From NCBI GenBank assembly GCA_964563055.1, contig CAZLVP010000011.1:4367-68366 (forward strand): 64,000 nt of DNA. The letters run 5' to 3'. A program made the position numbers and the translations under genes. Origin of the DNA: an uncultured Thermoplasmatales archaeon. GTDB lineage: Archaea; Thermoplasmatota; Penumbrarchaeia; Penumbrarchaeales; Penumbrarchaeaceae. Below, piece by piece: positions 43,719 to 53,170 of this stretch (the stretch's first letter is position 1; each line of letters starts with the position of its first letter). The notes beneath the pieces were generated by a model. It worked only from the letters and a program-made list of their open reading frames with translations, searched no databases and was not told the DNA's origin.

Positions 43719-44189
43719 TTGAGGATATCTCTGGGGTCGGACCATGGGGGCTTCCAGCTCAAGGAAGAACTGGCCAAAAGGCTTGAAAAGGCCGGTATCA
43801 TGGTCCTTGACAGGGGATGCAGTGCAGGTGAGACCGTCGATTACCCCGATGTTGCCTCACTGGTCTGCTCTGACCTGGCCGGTACGGCCGACCTCGGCAT
43901 CTTGGTCTGTGGGACCGGAATAGGTATGTGCAATACCGCATCCAGGTTCGAGGACATCATTGCGGCCTTGTGCACCAACGAATACATGGCGAAGATGGCC
44001 AGGGAGCACAATGCAGCGAACGTCCTGTGCCTTGGCGGCAGGGTGATCGGTCCCGAACTTGCATGGGCTATAGTGAGGACGTTCATATCCACCGAACCCC
44101 TGGACGACGAGCGATATATCAGAAGGAGAGCTAAGGTCCGAAGGACCGGACCGGCAAATAAGGGTACCACATTTGGGGGCGGAAGCTGA
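43719..44189 (+). CDS. rpiB: Ribose-5-phosphate isomerase B (RpiB/LacAB family)
   Basis: ISLGSDHGGFQLKEEL, ILVCGTGIGMCNTASRF, EHNAANVLCLGGRVIG. TTG start. Confidence 0.85.
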   Translation: MRISLGSDHGGFQLKEELAKRLEKAGIMVLDRGCSAGETVDYPDVASLVCSDLAGTADLGILVCGTGIGMCNTASRFEDIIAALCTNEYMAKMAREHNAANVLCLGGRVIGPELAWAIVRTFISTEPLDDERYIRRRAKVRRTGPANKGTTFGGGS

Positions 44190-45151
44190 TGCAGGAGATC
44201 TGGACCGAGAAGTATAGGCCGTTCATGCTGAAGGACGTTGTGGGCCAGACCGAGATATTGAAAAGGCTCAAGGCCATAGTGGACAGCGGCAATATCCCCC
44301 ATTTCCTCTTCGCCGGACCCGCGGGGACAGGGAAGACGACCTGCGCCCTTGCCATGGCCAGGGAGATATTCGGTGAGGAGGGATGGAGGGACAACTTCCA
44401 GGAGCTCAATGCCTCCGATGAGAGGGGCATACAGGTCGTCAGGACGAAGATCAAATCTTTCGCAAGGGCCGCCCCGCTGGGTGGAGCACAGTTCAAGGTC
44501 ATTTTCCTTGATGAGGCGGATTCACTGACCCAGGACGCTCAGGCTGCCCTCAGAAGGACAATGGAAAGATATTCGAACACCTGCAGGTTCATCCTCTCTT
44601 GCAACTATTCGTCCAGGATCATTCCCCCCATCCAGTCCAGATGCTCTGTCATGAGGTTCACGCCCCTCAAGAAGGAAGAGATAAGGGAATACCTCAAGCG
44701 TATCGAGAGCACGGAAGGGATAACCATAACGGACAATGCCTTCGATACCCTGATGTACATCTCACAGGGGGACCTAAGAAAGACGGTGAACGTCCTTCAG
44801 GTCGCTGCATCCTTCTCGAAGGACATAGATTCGGAGAACCTCTATTCGAGCTCGGCCCTGGCAAGACCGGAACAGATCGCCAAGCTCATAACCCTCCCCA
44901 TGCAGGGCAAGTTCGGTGAGGCCAGGAAGCATCTCGAGGAACTGATTACCTCAGGCGGACTGGCAGGTGAGGACATCATCTCACAGCTCCACAGGGAGCT
45001 CTTCAACCTCCCCATGGACGACGATATCCGTGTGCGGATCCTCGATTTCATAGGAGAGGTGGACTTCAGACTGGTGGAAGGGGCGGACGAGAGGATACAG
45101 ATCGAGGCCCTCCTGGCCAGGATCCAGCTCCTTGCATCCAAGCATAATTGA
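44189..45151 (+). CDS. rfcS: Replication factor C small subunit
   Basis: WTEKYRP, FAGPAGTGKTT (Walker A), LDEADSLT (Walker B), QSRCSVMRF (SRC motif). No intein. Confidence 0.95.
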   Translation: MQEIWTEKYRPFMLKDVVGQTEILKRLKAIVDSGNIPHFLFAGPAGTGKTTCALAMAREIFGEEGWRDNFQELNASDERGIQVVRTKIKSFARAAPLGGAQFKVIFLDEADSLTQDAQAALRRTMERYSNTCRFILSCNYSSRIIPPIQSRCSVMRFTPLKKEEIREYLKRIESTEGITITDNAFDTLMYISQGDLRKTVNVLQVAASFSKDIDSENLYSSSALARPEQIAKLITLPMQGKFGEARKHLEELITSGGLAGEDIISQLHRELFNLPMDDDIRVRILDFIGEVDFRLVEGADERIQIEALLARIQLLASKHN

Positions 45152-45200
45152 CCGTTGTTTTAGGGATGGGGTTCATTATATCAGGACCTGTTCCAGGACC

Positions 45201-45938
45201 ATGTGCTTCAACATATCCCTCCTTTCACCCATCAATTGGGAGCTGCTGGTGGATGATACCTTCACCGGATATGACATGGCCAGGGCCCCCATCTACCATT
45301 CCAATGCTTTCACGAACCCCATGCATCCTCTGGTCTGCATGGACAGGAAAGGGGTGCATATCCTGTCAAGGTGGGGTCTTGTCCCAAGATGGTCGAAGGA
45401 TAGGGAGCAGGCACTGATGATGAGAAGGTCCTGCTACAATGCCAGGGGTGAGACCATTTTCTCCAAACCCGCGTTCAGGTCAGCTGCAAGGGATTCCAGA
45501 TGTCTTGTCCCTGTGACCGGTTTCTTCGAGTTCAGGGAGGTCACAGGGAAGAAGTTCCCTTACCACATCCGGATGAGGGACGGTAGGACCTTCTATCTTG
45601 GGGGAATCTGCGAGGATACAGGTCTGCTCTCAGGCGGGCTTGAAAGGACGTTCTCCATAGTGACGACGGAAGCGAACGAGCTCATGAGCTTCGTTCACAA
45701 TACCAAGAAAAGGATGCCTCTTGTGCTGCCGACCGGTCTGGAGAACGAATGGTTGGGAGCGGATAGGGACCAGAAGACCCTTCAGGAGATGGTCCTGCCC
45801 TATCCTGGTAACGACCTTGAGGCTTACCCGGTCACAAAGGACCTGTTGAGGAAAGGGGAGCTCAAAGACCCTTCTGATACAATAAAAAGGGTAAATTACC
45901 CTGAGCTGGAGCAATCGAGTCTGGACGGTCCGTTATGA
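45201..45938 (+). CDS. SOS-response-associated peptidase (SRAP; YedK/HMCES family) abasic-site sensor
   Basis: Starts MCFN (catalytic Cys2 after Met removal). RWGLVPRWSKD, YNARGETIFSKPAFRSA, RCLVPVTGFFEF, KRMPLVL. The track ORF start (45132) is replaced by ATG 45201. Confidence 0.8.
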   Translation: MCFNISLLSPINWELLVDDTFTGYDMARAPIYHSNAFTNPMHPLVCMDRKGVHILSRWGLVPRWSKDREQALMMRRSCYNARGETIFSKPAFRSAARDSRCLVPVTGFFEFREVTGKKFPYHIRMRDGRTFYLGGICEDTGLLSGGLERTFSIVTTEANELMSFVHNTKKRMPLVLPTGLENEWLGADRDQKTLQEMVLPYPGNDLEAYPVTKDLLRKGELKDPSDTIKRVNYPELEQSSLDGPL

Positions 45939-45945
45939 GGAGGGC

Positions 45946-46902
45946 TCAAAGCTCTTTGTAGATCTCTAGGGCGGCCCTCTCCAGAGACTGCTTGGAATTG
46001 TGATGATAGACCCATCCCGTCGAAAGGAGCTTTTTGATGTTAAGCGACATGTACTTCACATCGCCTTTCCACCCAGCGCCTTTGTGACCCCCGCTGAACT
46101 CGAACCTTACCCCTTTCAATCCCATAGCATTCACCACGATGTCCGGGATGTTCTTGATCTCAATGTAATCATCGGTGCCCACATTGTAGTACTCGAACAG
46201 GGTTCTCTGTCCCTCCGTTGCATGGATGACCCCTTCCACACAGTCCGAAACGTGGATGTAGGACTTCCGCTGGGTCCCATCACCGAGTATTTCGAGCCTG
46301 GTCGGGTCATTTTTCAGCTTCCTCATGAAGTCTATGAGTATGCCGTGGGTGGACCGGGGGCCGACCACGTTCGCGAACCTGAATACCGATGACCTTATCC
46401 CGAAATTATCTGAGAATGCCGCTATCAGCGCCTCTGCGGCCAGTTTGGAAGCGCCGTACTGTGAGATCGGTATGAGAGGCCCATAGTCCTCTGGGGTTGG
46501 CATCACCGAGGCATTACCGTAGATGGTAGAGGTGGAGGTGAACGATATCGCAGGAGGGTCGGAGGGCCTAACCTTCCTCATGGCCTCTAACAAATTGTAG
46601 GTCGCTATAAGGTTCTGTTCGACGGACACCCATGTGTCGTCCACACCCACCCTGACATCGGGGTTCGCTGCCACATGGTATACGAGGTCAATGTCCTTGA
46701 GGGCCTTTTTGATGTCCTTGTCATGGACCAGGTCCCTCTTGAGGAACGAGATATCCTTCAGACAATGGGAAAGGAACTCCTTCCTCCCTGATGAGAGGTT
46801 ATCATAAACGGTCACCTCGTATCCCCTGGCGAGCAGGGCATCGACCATGTGGCTGCCGATGAAGCCTGCTCCTCCGGTCACGAGGACCTTCTTACAAGCC
46901 AT
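45946..46902 (-). CDS. NAD-dependent nucleotide-sugar epimerase/dehydratase (extended SDR)
   Basis: VLVTGGAGFIGSH Rossmann motif and the YGASKLAAE catalytic YxxxK. Confidence 0.85.
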   Translation of the reverse strand: MACKKVLVTGGAGFIGSHMVDALLARGYEVTVYDNLSSGRKEFLSHCLKDISFLKRDLVHDKDIKKALKDIDLVYHVAANPDVRVGVDDTWVSVEQNLIATYNLLEAMRKVRPSDPPAISFTSTSTIYGNASVMPTPEDYGPLIPISQYGASKLAAEALIAAFSDNFGIRSSVFRFANVVGPRSTHGILIDFMRKLKNDPTRLEILGDGTQRKSYIHVSDCVEGVIHATEGQRTLFEYYNVGTDDYIEIKNIPDIVVNAMGLKGVRFEFSGGHKGAGWKGDVKYMSLNIKKLLSTGWVYHHNSKQSLERAALEIYKEL

Positions 46903-46944
46903 ATTCCCCTCTATGATATGCCCTTTATTTAACGTTTGGAGGGA

Positions 46945-49914
46945 TCATCGTCCTCGCTCTTTCTCCTCGTCCTTCTCTGGAGGGTGCTTCCTCAGGTCCG
47001 GGACCGGTAGCTTCAGATCTCTGTCGACCGCGCCACCGATGTTTGCGATCTGCCTCTGTATCATGAACGGGATCTCATTGAGCAGATGGACAGAGTCCAC
47101 TCCCACCTTGAGACCTTTGCTAAGGGCCTTGGCGATCCGGTCCTCCCTCTCGACGGACCTCCTGAAGTATGTCTTGTAGGCCTCGACAATAGGTATGATC
47201 AGGGCCCCGCAAGCGATCGATGCCCCGTACTGCAAGGGTGTGAGCTCCACCATGTCTATCCCGGCCCCCAGGTCCCCTATGTACATGATGAAGCTCAGAC
47301 CGCCTATGGGGATAGCGGTCGTCAACAAGGGCAGCAGCAGGCCCTTCTCTCTAACGACATTCACTATCGACTCCTTCATCGAGAGGCTGTTGAAAAGGTT
47401 GAAGCACTCCGCCCATACCACGAAGACGAGTATCATCGTCTGGACCGTGGCGAGCCTATCGCCCTCGATCCCAACATCGATGGTCCCGCTGTCCAACAGC
47501 TTGAACATCAATACCCCTATCAGGGTCATAGAGAGGATCATGACCAACAGTTCCCCCAGGACCTTCGTCGATACTATGCCCTCCTTGGAGTTACGAGGTG
47601 GCTCCCTCATCACGCCTGCGGTGGTCCTATCGAGTATGAGGGCTAGCACGGGAAAGATATGCGTGGAGAAATAGAGGAACAGCAGCTGTTTGTCGGTCAT
47701 CATCTGCTCCAGGAACAGGAGCGATCCTATGAACATCAGGGCCAGCTCGCCAAGGTTCGTGTAGAGCTGATATGTCACGGACTTTCGTATGTTGTCGAAG
47801 ATCTGCCTTCCGCGGTGCACAGCGGTCACGAGAGTGGCGAAATTGTCGTCCGAGAGGATGATCTGCGAGGCCTCCTTTGCGACGTCGGTGCCCTTCACTC
47901 CCATGGCGACCCCGACATCCGCGTTCTTGAGGGCGGCGGCATCGTTCATCCCATCGCCTGTCATGGCCACTATCTGGCCTCGCTCCTTGAACGCGTTCAC
48001 TATGTCCACTTTCTGCTGCGGGGAGACCCTGCAGAACACCGTGACCGTGTCCAGCACCTTCGGAGGGACCGGGAGCTGTCCCCCTTCAAGGACGGCATCC
48101 CCCTCCGAGTACACACCGAGGTCGGCAGCGATGGCGGTCGCGGTCCCCCGACCGTCCCCGGTTATCATGACGACCTTTATGCCCGCCTCATGGCATCTCC
48201 GGACCGCCTCCCTGACCCCCTCCTTCGGAGGGTCTATCATCCCGACGAAACCGAGGTACACGAGATCGGACTCTATCTCATCGTCGGAGAGCCCTTTGAG
48301 CTTCTTGCGATCGTTGCCCAGGTCCCTGAAGGCGATGGACAGCGTCCTCTGGGCCCTGGAATTGACCAGCTCGTTAGCTCTTTCCACAGCCTTCATAAGG
48401 TCATGTGTGAACGGGATTATGGAACCGTCCCAGACGATCCTGTTGCATCGGGTGGAAATGGTCTCGAAGGCACCCTTCGAATAGGCGATGTGGTTAGGCC
48501 CCTTCGAGAAGACCTTGGTCATCATCCTCCGGTCGGAGTCGAAGGGTATGTCCCCGACCTGCCTCTGGTCCGTCAACCACCGGGATACCCCCCCTTTCAT
48601 CCCCAATGTCCTGAGGGCACCTTCGGTGGGATCCCCGATCACGCTCCATCCGTTCTCGTCCTTTACGACCTTGGAATCATTGGCGAGATAGCCCGCTTCG
48701 AGCATCAGGCAGAAGAACTCAACGTTGCCAGGGTTTATCTCCCCTAGCTCGTTCTTGATGGACCCTTCTGGATTGTATCCGGAGCCGGTAACGGCCCAGA
48801 GCCTGCCGTCCTGATATATCGTCTTTACCGTCATCGCGTTCTCGGTCATGGTACCTGTCTTGTCCGAGCATATCACGCTCACCCGGCCCAATCCCTCGAT
48901 GGAAGCGACCCTCCTTACTATCGCCTTTTCCTTTACTAGATACATCATCCCCCTGACCATGACCGAGGTGGTGATGATCGGGAAGCTCCAAGGTATCGCT
49001 ACGACGGCAAGTATCACGGCGTTGACGAGCTGCTCCGTCATAGTGTCGGTGGTTAGGTCGCCCCTCATCCAAAGGCGTATTATCTGCAGGAGGAAGAGGA
49101 TGAAGATGAGCCCGCAGAGGATCATGGACATCCCCTTCACAAGTTCGCTCATCTTCTTTTGGAGGGGGATCTCGGGCTCGGGTGCGTCCGCTATGTTCTT
49201 CGCGATCTTGCCAAGCTCCGTCCCCTTGCCGGTGGCGGTAACGATCCCCTCGCCAGTGCCTCTCGCGACGATGGTGGACATGAAGGCCATGTTCGTGAGG
49301 TCATGGATCGCGGGTGCAGGGTTCCGCACCAGGTCCGGATTCTTCTCCACGCTCACCGATTCCCCCGTCAGTGATGATTCGTCCACAGAGAGCCGGTCAC
49401 CCTGGACTATCCTCACATCGGCGGGTACCCTGTCGCCCTCGGACAACCTCACCAGGTCCCCTATTACGAGCTCAGATGTCTGGACATCCGACCATTTCCC
49501 ACCCCTCTTGACCTTGGCCTTCGCTGCCGCGATCCTCCTGAGGGCCTCAAGCGACCTCTCGGCCGAGTACATCTGGAAGATGATCAGGCACCAGCTCAGG
49601 ACTATGACGAAAACGATGGCGATAGAGGTCTCGAACGAGGTGCTATCGTTAGAAGGGAACAGGATGGTGAGAAGCGCCATGATGACCGCGATCCCGAGGA
49701 TGAGGAGGATCACGAAATCGAATATCTGGGGGGCCACCTTGCGCAGAAAGGATTTCCTGACCCTGGGGATCTCGTTCGGACCGTCCCTGCGAAGCCTTTC
49801 CTGCGCCGTTCTTGGGTCAAGGCCTTCTAGGGATGTCCCTAGGCGGCGCATAAGCTCAACTGACGTTTCGGCATGGACCTTCTCCCGTTCGACGGCCATG
49901 GGGCTCAGGGACAT
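46945..49914 (-). CDS. P-type ATPase, P2-like scaffold with non-canonical ion-site residues
   Basis: LTGES, ICSDKTGTMT, MITGDG, MTGDGMNDAAAL. The M4 motif reads AIPWSFP (nt 48979-48996) instead of PEGL. M6 reads LLFLYFSTHIFP where SERCA has LLWVNLVTDGLP. Confidence 0.85.
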   Translation of the reverse strand: MSLSPMAVEREKVHAETSVELMRRLGTSLEGLDPRTAQERLRRDGPNEIPRVRKSFLRKVAPQIFDFVILLILGIAVIMALLTILFPSNDSTSFETSIAIVFVIVLSWCLIIFQMYSAERSLEALRRIAAAKAKVKRGGKWSDVQTSELVIGDLVRLSEGDRVPADVRIVQGDRLSVDESSLTGESVSVEKNPDLVRNPAPAIHDLTNMAFMSTIVARGTGEGIVTATGKGTELGKIAKNIADAPEPEIPLQKKMSELVKGMSMILCGLIFILFLLQIIRLWMRGDLTTDTMTEQLVNAVILAVVAIPWSFPIITTSVMVRGMMYLVKEKAIVRRVASIEGLGRVSVICSDKTGTMTENAMTVKTIYQDGRLWAVTGSGYNPEGSIKNELGEINPGNVEFFCLMLEAGYLANDSKVVKDENGWSVIGDPTEGALRTLGMKGGVSRWLTDQRQVGDIPFDSDRRMMTKVFSKGPNHIAYSKGAFETISTRCNRIVWDGSIIPFTHDLMKAVERANELVNSRAQRTLSIAFRDLGNDRKKLKGLSDDEIESDLVYLGFVGMIDPPKEGVREAVRRCHEAGIKVVMITGDGRGTATAIAADLGVYSEGDAVLEGGQLPVPPKVLDTVTVFCRVSPQQKVDIVNAFKERGQIVAMTGDGMNDAAALKNADVGVAMGVKGTDVAKEASQIILSDDNFATLVTAVHRGRQIFDNIRKSVTYQLYTNLGELALMFIGSLLFLEQMMTDKQLLFLYFSTHIFPVLALILDRTTAGVMREPPRNSKEGIVSTKVLGELLVMILSMTLIGVLMFKLLDSGTIDVGIEGDRLATVQTMILVFVVWAECFNLFNSLSMKESIVNVVREKGLLLPLLTTAIPIGGLSFIMYIGDLGAGIDMVELTPLQYGASIACGALIIPIVEAYKTYFRRSVEREDRIAKALSKGLKVGVDSVHLLNEIPFMIQRQIANIGGAVDRDLKLPVPDLRKHPPEKDEEKERGR

Positions 49915-49971
49915 GAAAAGGACAAGGATGAATATGCAACTATCGGAGGGGAGGAAACATGGGCCAGGACG

Positions 49972-51207
49972 CTATTTATCGCATGTGGTGAAGGAGGGCC
50001 TCCATCCATTCTCTTTTCTTGGGTCCTCTATCACCCAATCGTAAAGCTCCGATGTAAGGCGGGAGACCGCATCCCATGAGAAATGCTCGATTATGTGCTC
50101 CCTGCCCCGCTTTCCCATCTCTTCCAGATCGCCCCTGCCAAGGAGCTCTATGACCTCTCTCGCCTGGCCTTCCACATCACCGACCTTGACCAACCTACCA
50201 GAGCTAGCGGTGACCATCTCCGGGGCTCCCCCAACGTCGGTCGCCACTACCGGGGTCCCCGATGAGAGCGCCTCGCCCACTGTGAGCCCGAACCCCTCCC
50301 AATATGAATGGAACAATGCCAGGTCCGAGGTCGCGACCAATGCTTGCATCTTCTTGAACGGGAGGGACCTGAACGTCTTGATACGGTCGGTTAGGCCCTT
50401 CTTCTTTATCCTGGACCGGATCTCACCCTCGAGAGGTCCCCAACCGACCAGACATAGGGCCGTATCCTTGTCCTTTGAATGGACATTCTCGAAACAGGAT
50501 AGGACCTCCCTGATCCCCTTCCTTGCGGCCCATCTACCAACCGAACAGAGCAATCTGTCTCCATCCTTGAGACCCAGCTCATCCCTTATGGAAGGGTCTT
50601 TCTTTTTAGGTGAGAACTCATCTGTGTCTATGCCTGGCGGGAGCTTTATCGCCCTATCGTACCTGTTCGTTGTTCCCCGCCTGGAGATGTCCCTGCACTC
50701 TGAGGCGGATTCTATTATGACCGCGTTCGAGCGCTCAAGGGCAAGGTCCTCATATCTGTCGAAGAGAGGTCCGGCATAGAGGATGGCAAGGTCATTGACG
50801 GATTGTATCGAAAAGGAGAGGTCCCTAAGGGATATGGTGGACCTCTCACCCCACCAGGTCCCGTGCATGGTCGAGACGATGGGGGCCTTGATCCGTGAGT
50901 AATAGGAGCTGGGGATGAGGGCCATGTTGGAATGGATGTGCGCCAGGTCAAAGTCCAGTCCCGAACCCTCCATCCACTTGACGGCGTTCTTGCCGAAGGA
51001 AAGCGTGAAAAGGAGCGGGGCCTTCAACCAGCTTACGGGATGGATATGGATGTTCGGGTGGGATGCATCGTAGCCTATGCCCTGCTTCCTTGTGACGACA
51101 TGGACCTCGTGACCCCTCTTTGCCATCCAGGTCGAGAGGTAATATGAACAGACCCCGACACCGCCCCATTTGGGAGGATATTCCGAGGATATCATGCATA
51201 TCTTCAA
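49972..51207 (-). CDS. Glycosyltransferase family 4 (GT-B, Glycos_transf_1)
   Basis: MKICMISSEYPPKWGGVGV N-terminus and a C-terminal EGFGLTVGEALSSGTPVVATDVGG motif. Confidence 0.85.
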   Translation of the reverse strand: MKICMISSEYPPKWGGVGVCSYYLSTWMAKRGHEVHVVTRKQGIGYDASHPNIHIHPVSWLKAPLLFTLSFGKNAVKWMEGSGLDFDLAHIHSNMALIPSSYYSRIKAPIVSTMHGTWWGERSTISLRDLSFSIQSVNDLAILYAGPLFDRYEDLALERSNAVIIESASECRDISRRGTTNRYDRAIKLPPGIDTDEFSPKKKDPSIRDELGLKDGDRLLCSVGRWAARKGIREVLSCFENVHSKDKDTALCLVGWGPLEGEIRSRIKKKGLTDRIKTFRSLPFKKMQALVATSDLALFHSYWEGFGLTVGEALSSGTPVVATDVGGAPEMVTASSGRLVKVGDVEGQAREVIELLGRGDLEEMGKRGREHIIEHFSWDAVSRLTSELYDWVIEDPRKENGWRPSFTTCDK

Positions 51208-51313
51208 CGGGCCACCGCTTTCTCCATCTCCTGCTGCCTATATGTTGCTTTTTACGTTCATCTCCTATCATTTTATATCCCCATGCCATTCTGGTGCGAG
51301 GATAGGTGGTAAT

Positions 51314-51781
51314 ATGGGGCTCATGGACAGGCTCAAGGGAGCGGCGAACGCGATAACCGGCGGAGGGGCCGATGTCAGTTTGGAGATGCCTCCCGGACCC
51401 TTCAGGGCAGGTGAAGAGGTCAAGGTCCGTGTCACTGTCAGAGCTATGGGATCGGAGATCAAGTCAGGTGGTATCTTCGTTGATATCAAAGGATCGGAGA
51501 GGGGGACAGTTAGGTCCACACAGATGTGCAGCTCCTGCAACAGGTCTCTTCCCTCGACCGTGTCCATATCGAGGACGACTGTCGATCAGCAATTGACCGT
51601 TCATCCTGCCTTCGTCCTGAAAAAGGACGAGACCAAGGTCGTGGATACGACCATATCCATACCGCCCGGCCAACCGACCTATCACGGTACCTTGGACCAC
51701 ATCTGGGAAGCAAGGGGCCGACTGGAAATGTTCGGGAACGATCCGGACTCGGGATTCAGACAGATCACGGTCATAGGCTGA
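51314..51781 (+). CDS. SpoOM-like / arrestin-fold protein
   Basis: MGLMDRLKGAANAITGGGADVSLEM..FRAGEEVKVRVTV and the C-terminal ARGRLEMFGNDPDSGFRQITV follow the SpoOM family layout. GGTGG lies 5 nt upstream of ATG 51314. Confidence 0.5.
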   Translation: MGLMDRLKGAANAITGGGADVSLEMPPGPFRAGEEVKVRVTVRAMGSEIKSGGIFVDIKGSERGTVRSTQMCSSCNRSLPSTVSISRTTVDQQLTVHPAFVLKKDETKVVDTTISIPPGQPTYHGTLDHIWEARGRLEMFGNDPDSGFRQITVIG

Positions 51782-51792
51782 GGGTGGATAAC

Positions 51793-52320
51793 ATGGGTCC
51801 ATCTCCAGGTCAGTTCCTTGCCAACTATCCGCCCATGCCGGTGGTCCTAGTATCAACACTTTACAAAGAGGTCAAGAACGTTGCTCCGTACGCTTGGCAT
51901 ATGCCGATCTCTATAGACCCCCCGCTGCTTGGGATAGCCATGAGAACGACCAGGGATACCTACAAGAACATACTCGAACAGGGCGAGTTCGTGGTCGCGG
52001 TCCCGGGACCAGAGCTTCTCAAGATGATGGAGGCGACCGCTGAGTCCCTGCCAAGGGATAGTAGCGAGTTCGACCATGCGGGACTGACACCAACACCATC
52101 GAAGATGGTCGCTCCATTCCATGTCAAGGAATGCCCTGTGAACATAGAATGCAGGTTCCTCTGGGAGAAGGAGGCAGGGGACCATCAGGTGGTAGTGGGT
52201 AGGGTGGTCCATGTTGATGTCGTATCCGATGGAAAAAAGCATGTACATGACCCCATCTACCACAGCATGGGGACAGGGGCACAGTACCTGAGACTCGGGG
52301 GTCCCCTGCAGAGGACATGA
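51793..52320 (+). CDS. Flavin reductase-like FMN-binding split-barrel protein
   Basis: PMPVVLVST...NVAPYAWHMPISIDPPLLGIAM...GEFVVAVP...HQVVVGRVVHV. Start set to ATG 51793. Confidence 0.7.
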   Translation: MGPSPGQFLANYPPMPVVLVSTLYKEVKNVAPYAWHMPISIDPPLLGIAMRTTRDTYKNILEQGEFVVAVPGPELLKMMEATAESLPRDSSEFDHAGLTPTPSKMVAPFHVKECPVNIECRFLWEKEAGDHQVVVGRVVHVDVVSDGKKHVHDPIYHSMGTGAQYLRLGGPLQRT

Positions 52321-52422
52321 ACGGACCGATCCTTAGGGTAAGTGAAAGAGCTTAATTCGATACCGGATGGAGGTCCGTTCCGTATCCAATGAGAGTGCTT
52401 CAGAGGTCCTCATTTTAGATAC

Positions 52423-52508
52423 GACCGTTCTCATCGGACCGTTCTCACCGAAACCCGGTCCGACAAACTCGAACGTTAATCCGTCGAAATCACAATCCGT
52501 CAACTCAC
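52423..52508. repeat. Two adjacent pairs of short tandem direct repeats at the left border of the AT-rich island
   Basis: GACCGTTCTCATCG / GACCGTTCTCACCG (52423-52450) and AATCCGTCGAAATCAC / AATCCGTCAACTCAC (52478-52508). Non-coding. Confidence 0.6.
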
Positions 52509-52595
52509 GATTGGTATAGTTCTTGAGTAGGGGTCATTTGTCACTATTTACATTCACTAGTTTTGAACTTTTTCTACGAACACTCTTGATGCTAT

Positions 52596-52602
52596 AAAAA
52601 AA
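52596..52602 (-). terminator. Oligo-T (T7) tract 10 nt downstream of the relE-like stop
   Basis: A plus-strand A7 run gives T7 on the coding strand, an archaeal-type oligo-T termination signal. Confidence 0.35.
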
Positions 52603-52612
52603 CATGATTCTA

Positions 52613-52879
52613 TCAATGTTTGTATATGTTATCGTGATGATCAAAATCAACAAATGTTACTGTCTTTGACTCCTCATCTATACTGAATGTAAGAACAAAA
52701 TTTGTATCTATATGAACACGTTTTAAATGTTGGAGTGGTTTCTTGAGATTCTTATATCGATGAGGTTCTTGAACAATTTCAGATATCTTTTTAAAAATAA
52801 TATCATACTTCCGTTTATCCTTCCTAGCCAATTTTTCAAGGATCTTATCAAGTCCCGGCTTGATATCGATGTAATACAT
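52613..52879 (-). CDS. relE: RelE/ParE-superfamily type II toxin (archaeal RelE-like)
   Basis: 88 aa. ...YKNLKKPLQHLKRVHIDTNFVLTFSIDEESKTVTFVDFDHHDNIY follows the RelE/YoeB-like pattern (L.g.l.g..R.rig.yRl.y.id...v.i..i.hR...Y). The ATG abuts the antitoxin stop (TGAATG). Confidence 0.75.
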   Translation of the reverse strand: MYYIDIKPGLDKILEKLARKDKRKYDIIFKKISEIVQEPHRYKNLKKPLQHLKRVHIDTNFVLTFSIDEESKTVTFVDFDHHDNIYKH

Positions 52880-53116
52880 TCATTCATACCTCTTTCGAAG
52901 ATCATCGAGACTCCCAACCTTAATATTCTTTTGTTTCTCGATCCGTTTGATCTTTTCGACATAAGAGGGTTTTAACTCCGGTTCTAGAATATCTTCTTCG
53001 TATTTGACAGCCATTACTTCGATAGCCTCGGATTTATTTCGCAATCCGTACTGGGCCTTGATGATATTAAGGACCCTATTGGTGTGCTCGTTTATCGTTA
53101 CAAAGGCTTGAACCAT
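52880..53116 (-). CDS. Antitoxin, DUF2683-like
   Basis: 78 aa. MVQAFVTINEHTNRVLNIIKAQYGLRNKSEAIEVMAVKYEE..LEPELKP resembles the DUF2683 family. It lies upstream of the toxin and is translationally abutted to it. Confidence 0.6.
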   Translation of the reverse strand: MVQAFVTINEHTNRVLNIIKAQYGLRNKSEAIEVMAVKYEEDILEPELKPSYVEKIKRIEKQKNIKVGSLDDLRKRYE

Positions 53117-53131
53117 AGGAACACCTTAGAT

Positions 53132-53170
53132 ATTAACATGGCATATATATTATATATATATGTCGTTAAC
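53132..53170 (-). promoter_or_regulatory. Palindromic (AT)n element flanked by TTAAC/GTTAAC; probable TATA box and operator of the TA operon
   Basis: TTAACATGGCATATATATTATATATATATGTCGTTAAC lies 16-54 nt upstream of the antitoxin ATG. Confidence 0.45.

Noticed and set aside
47659-50044. Long plus-strand ORFs (362 aa at 47659-48747; 398 aa at 48848-50044; others at 47086-47674 and 47789-48484) antisense to the P-type ATPase
   Set aside because: These are shadow ORFs of a GC-rich gene with strong motif support on the opposite strand. Their translations are low-complexity (Arg/Pro/Ser/Gly-rich) without motifs.
52723-52975. ORFs of 79 aa (minus strand) and 82 aa (plus strand) overlapping the relE / antitoxin pair
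   Set aside because: These are AT-rich low-complexity translations in alternate frames of two ORFs that have recognisable TA family patterns and coupled stop/start codons.
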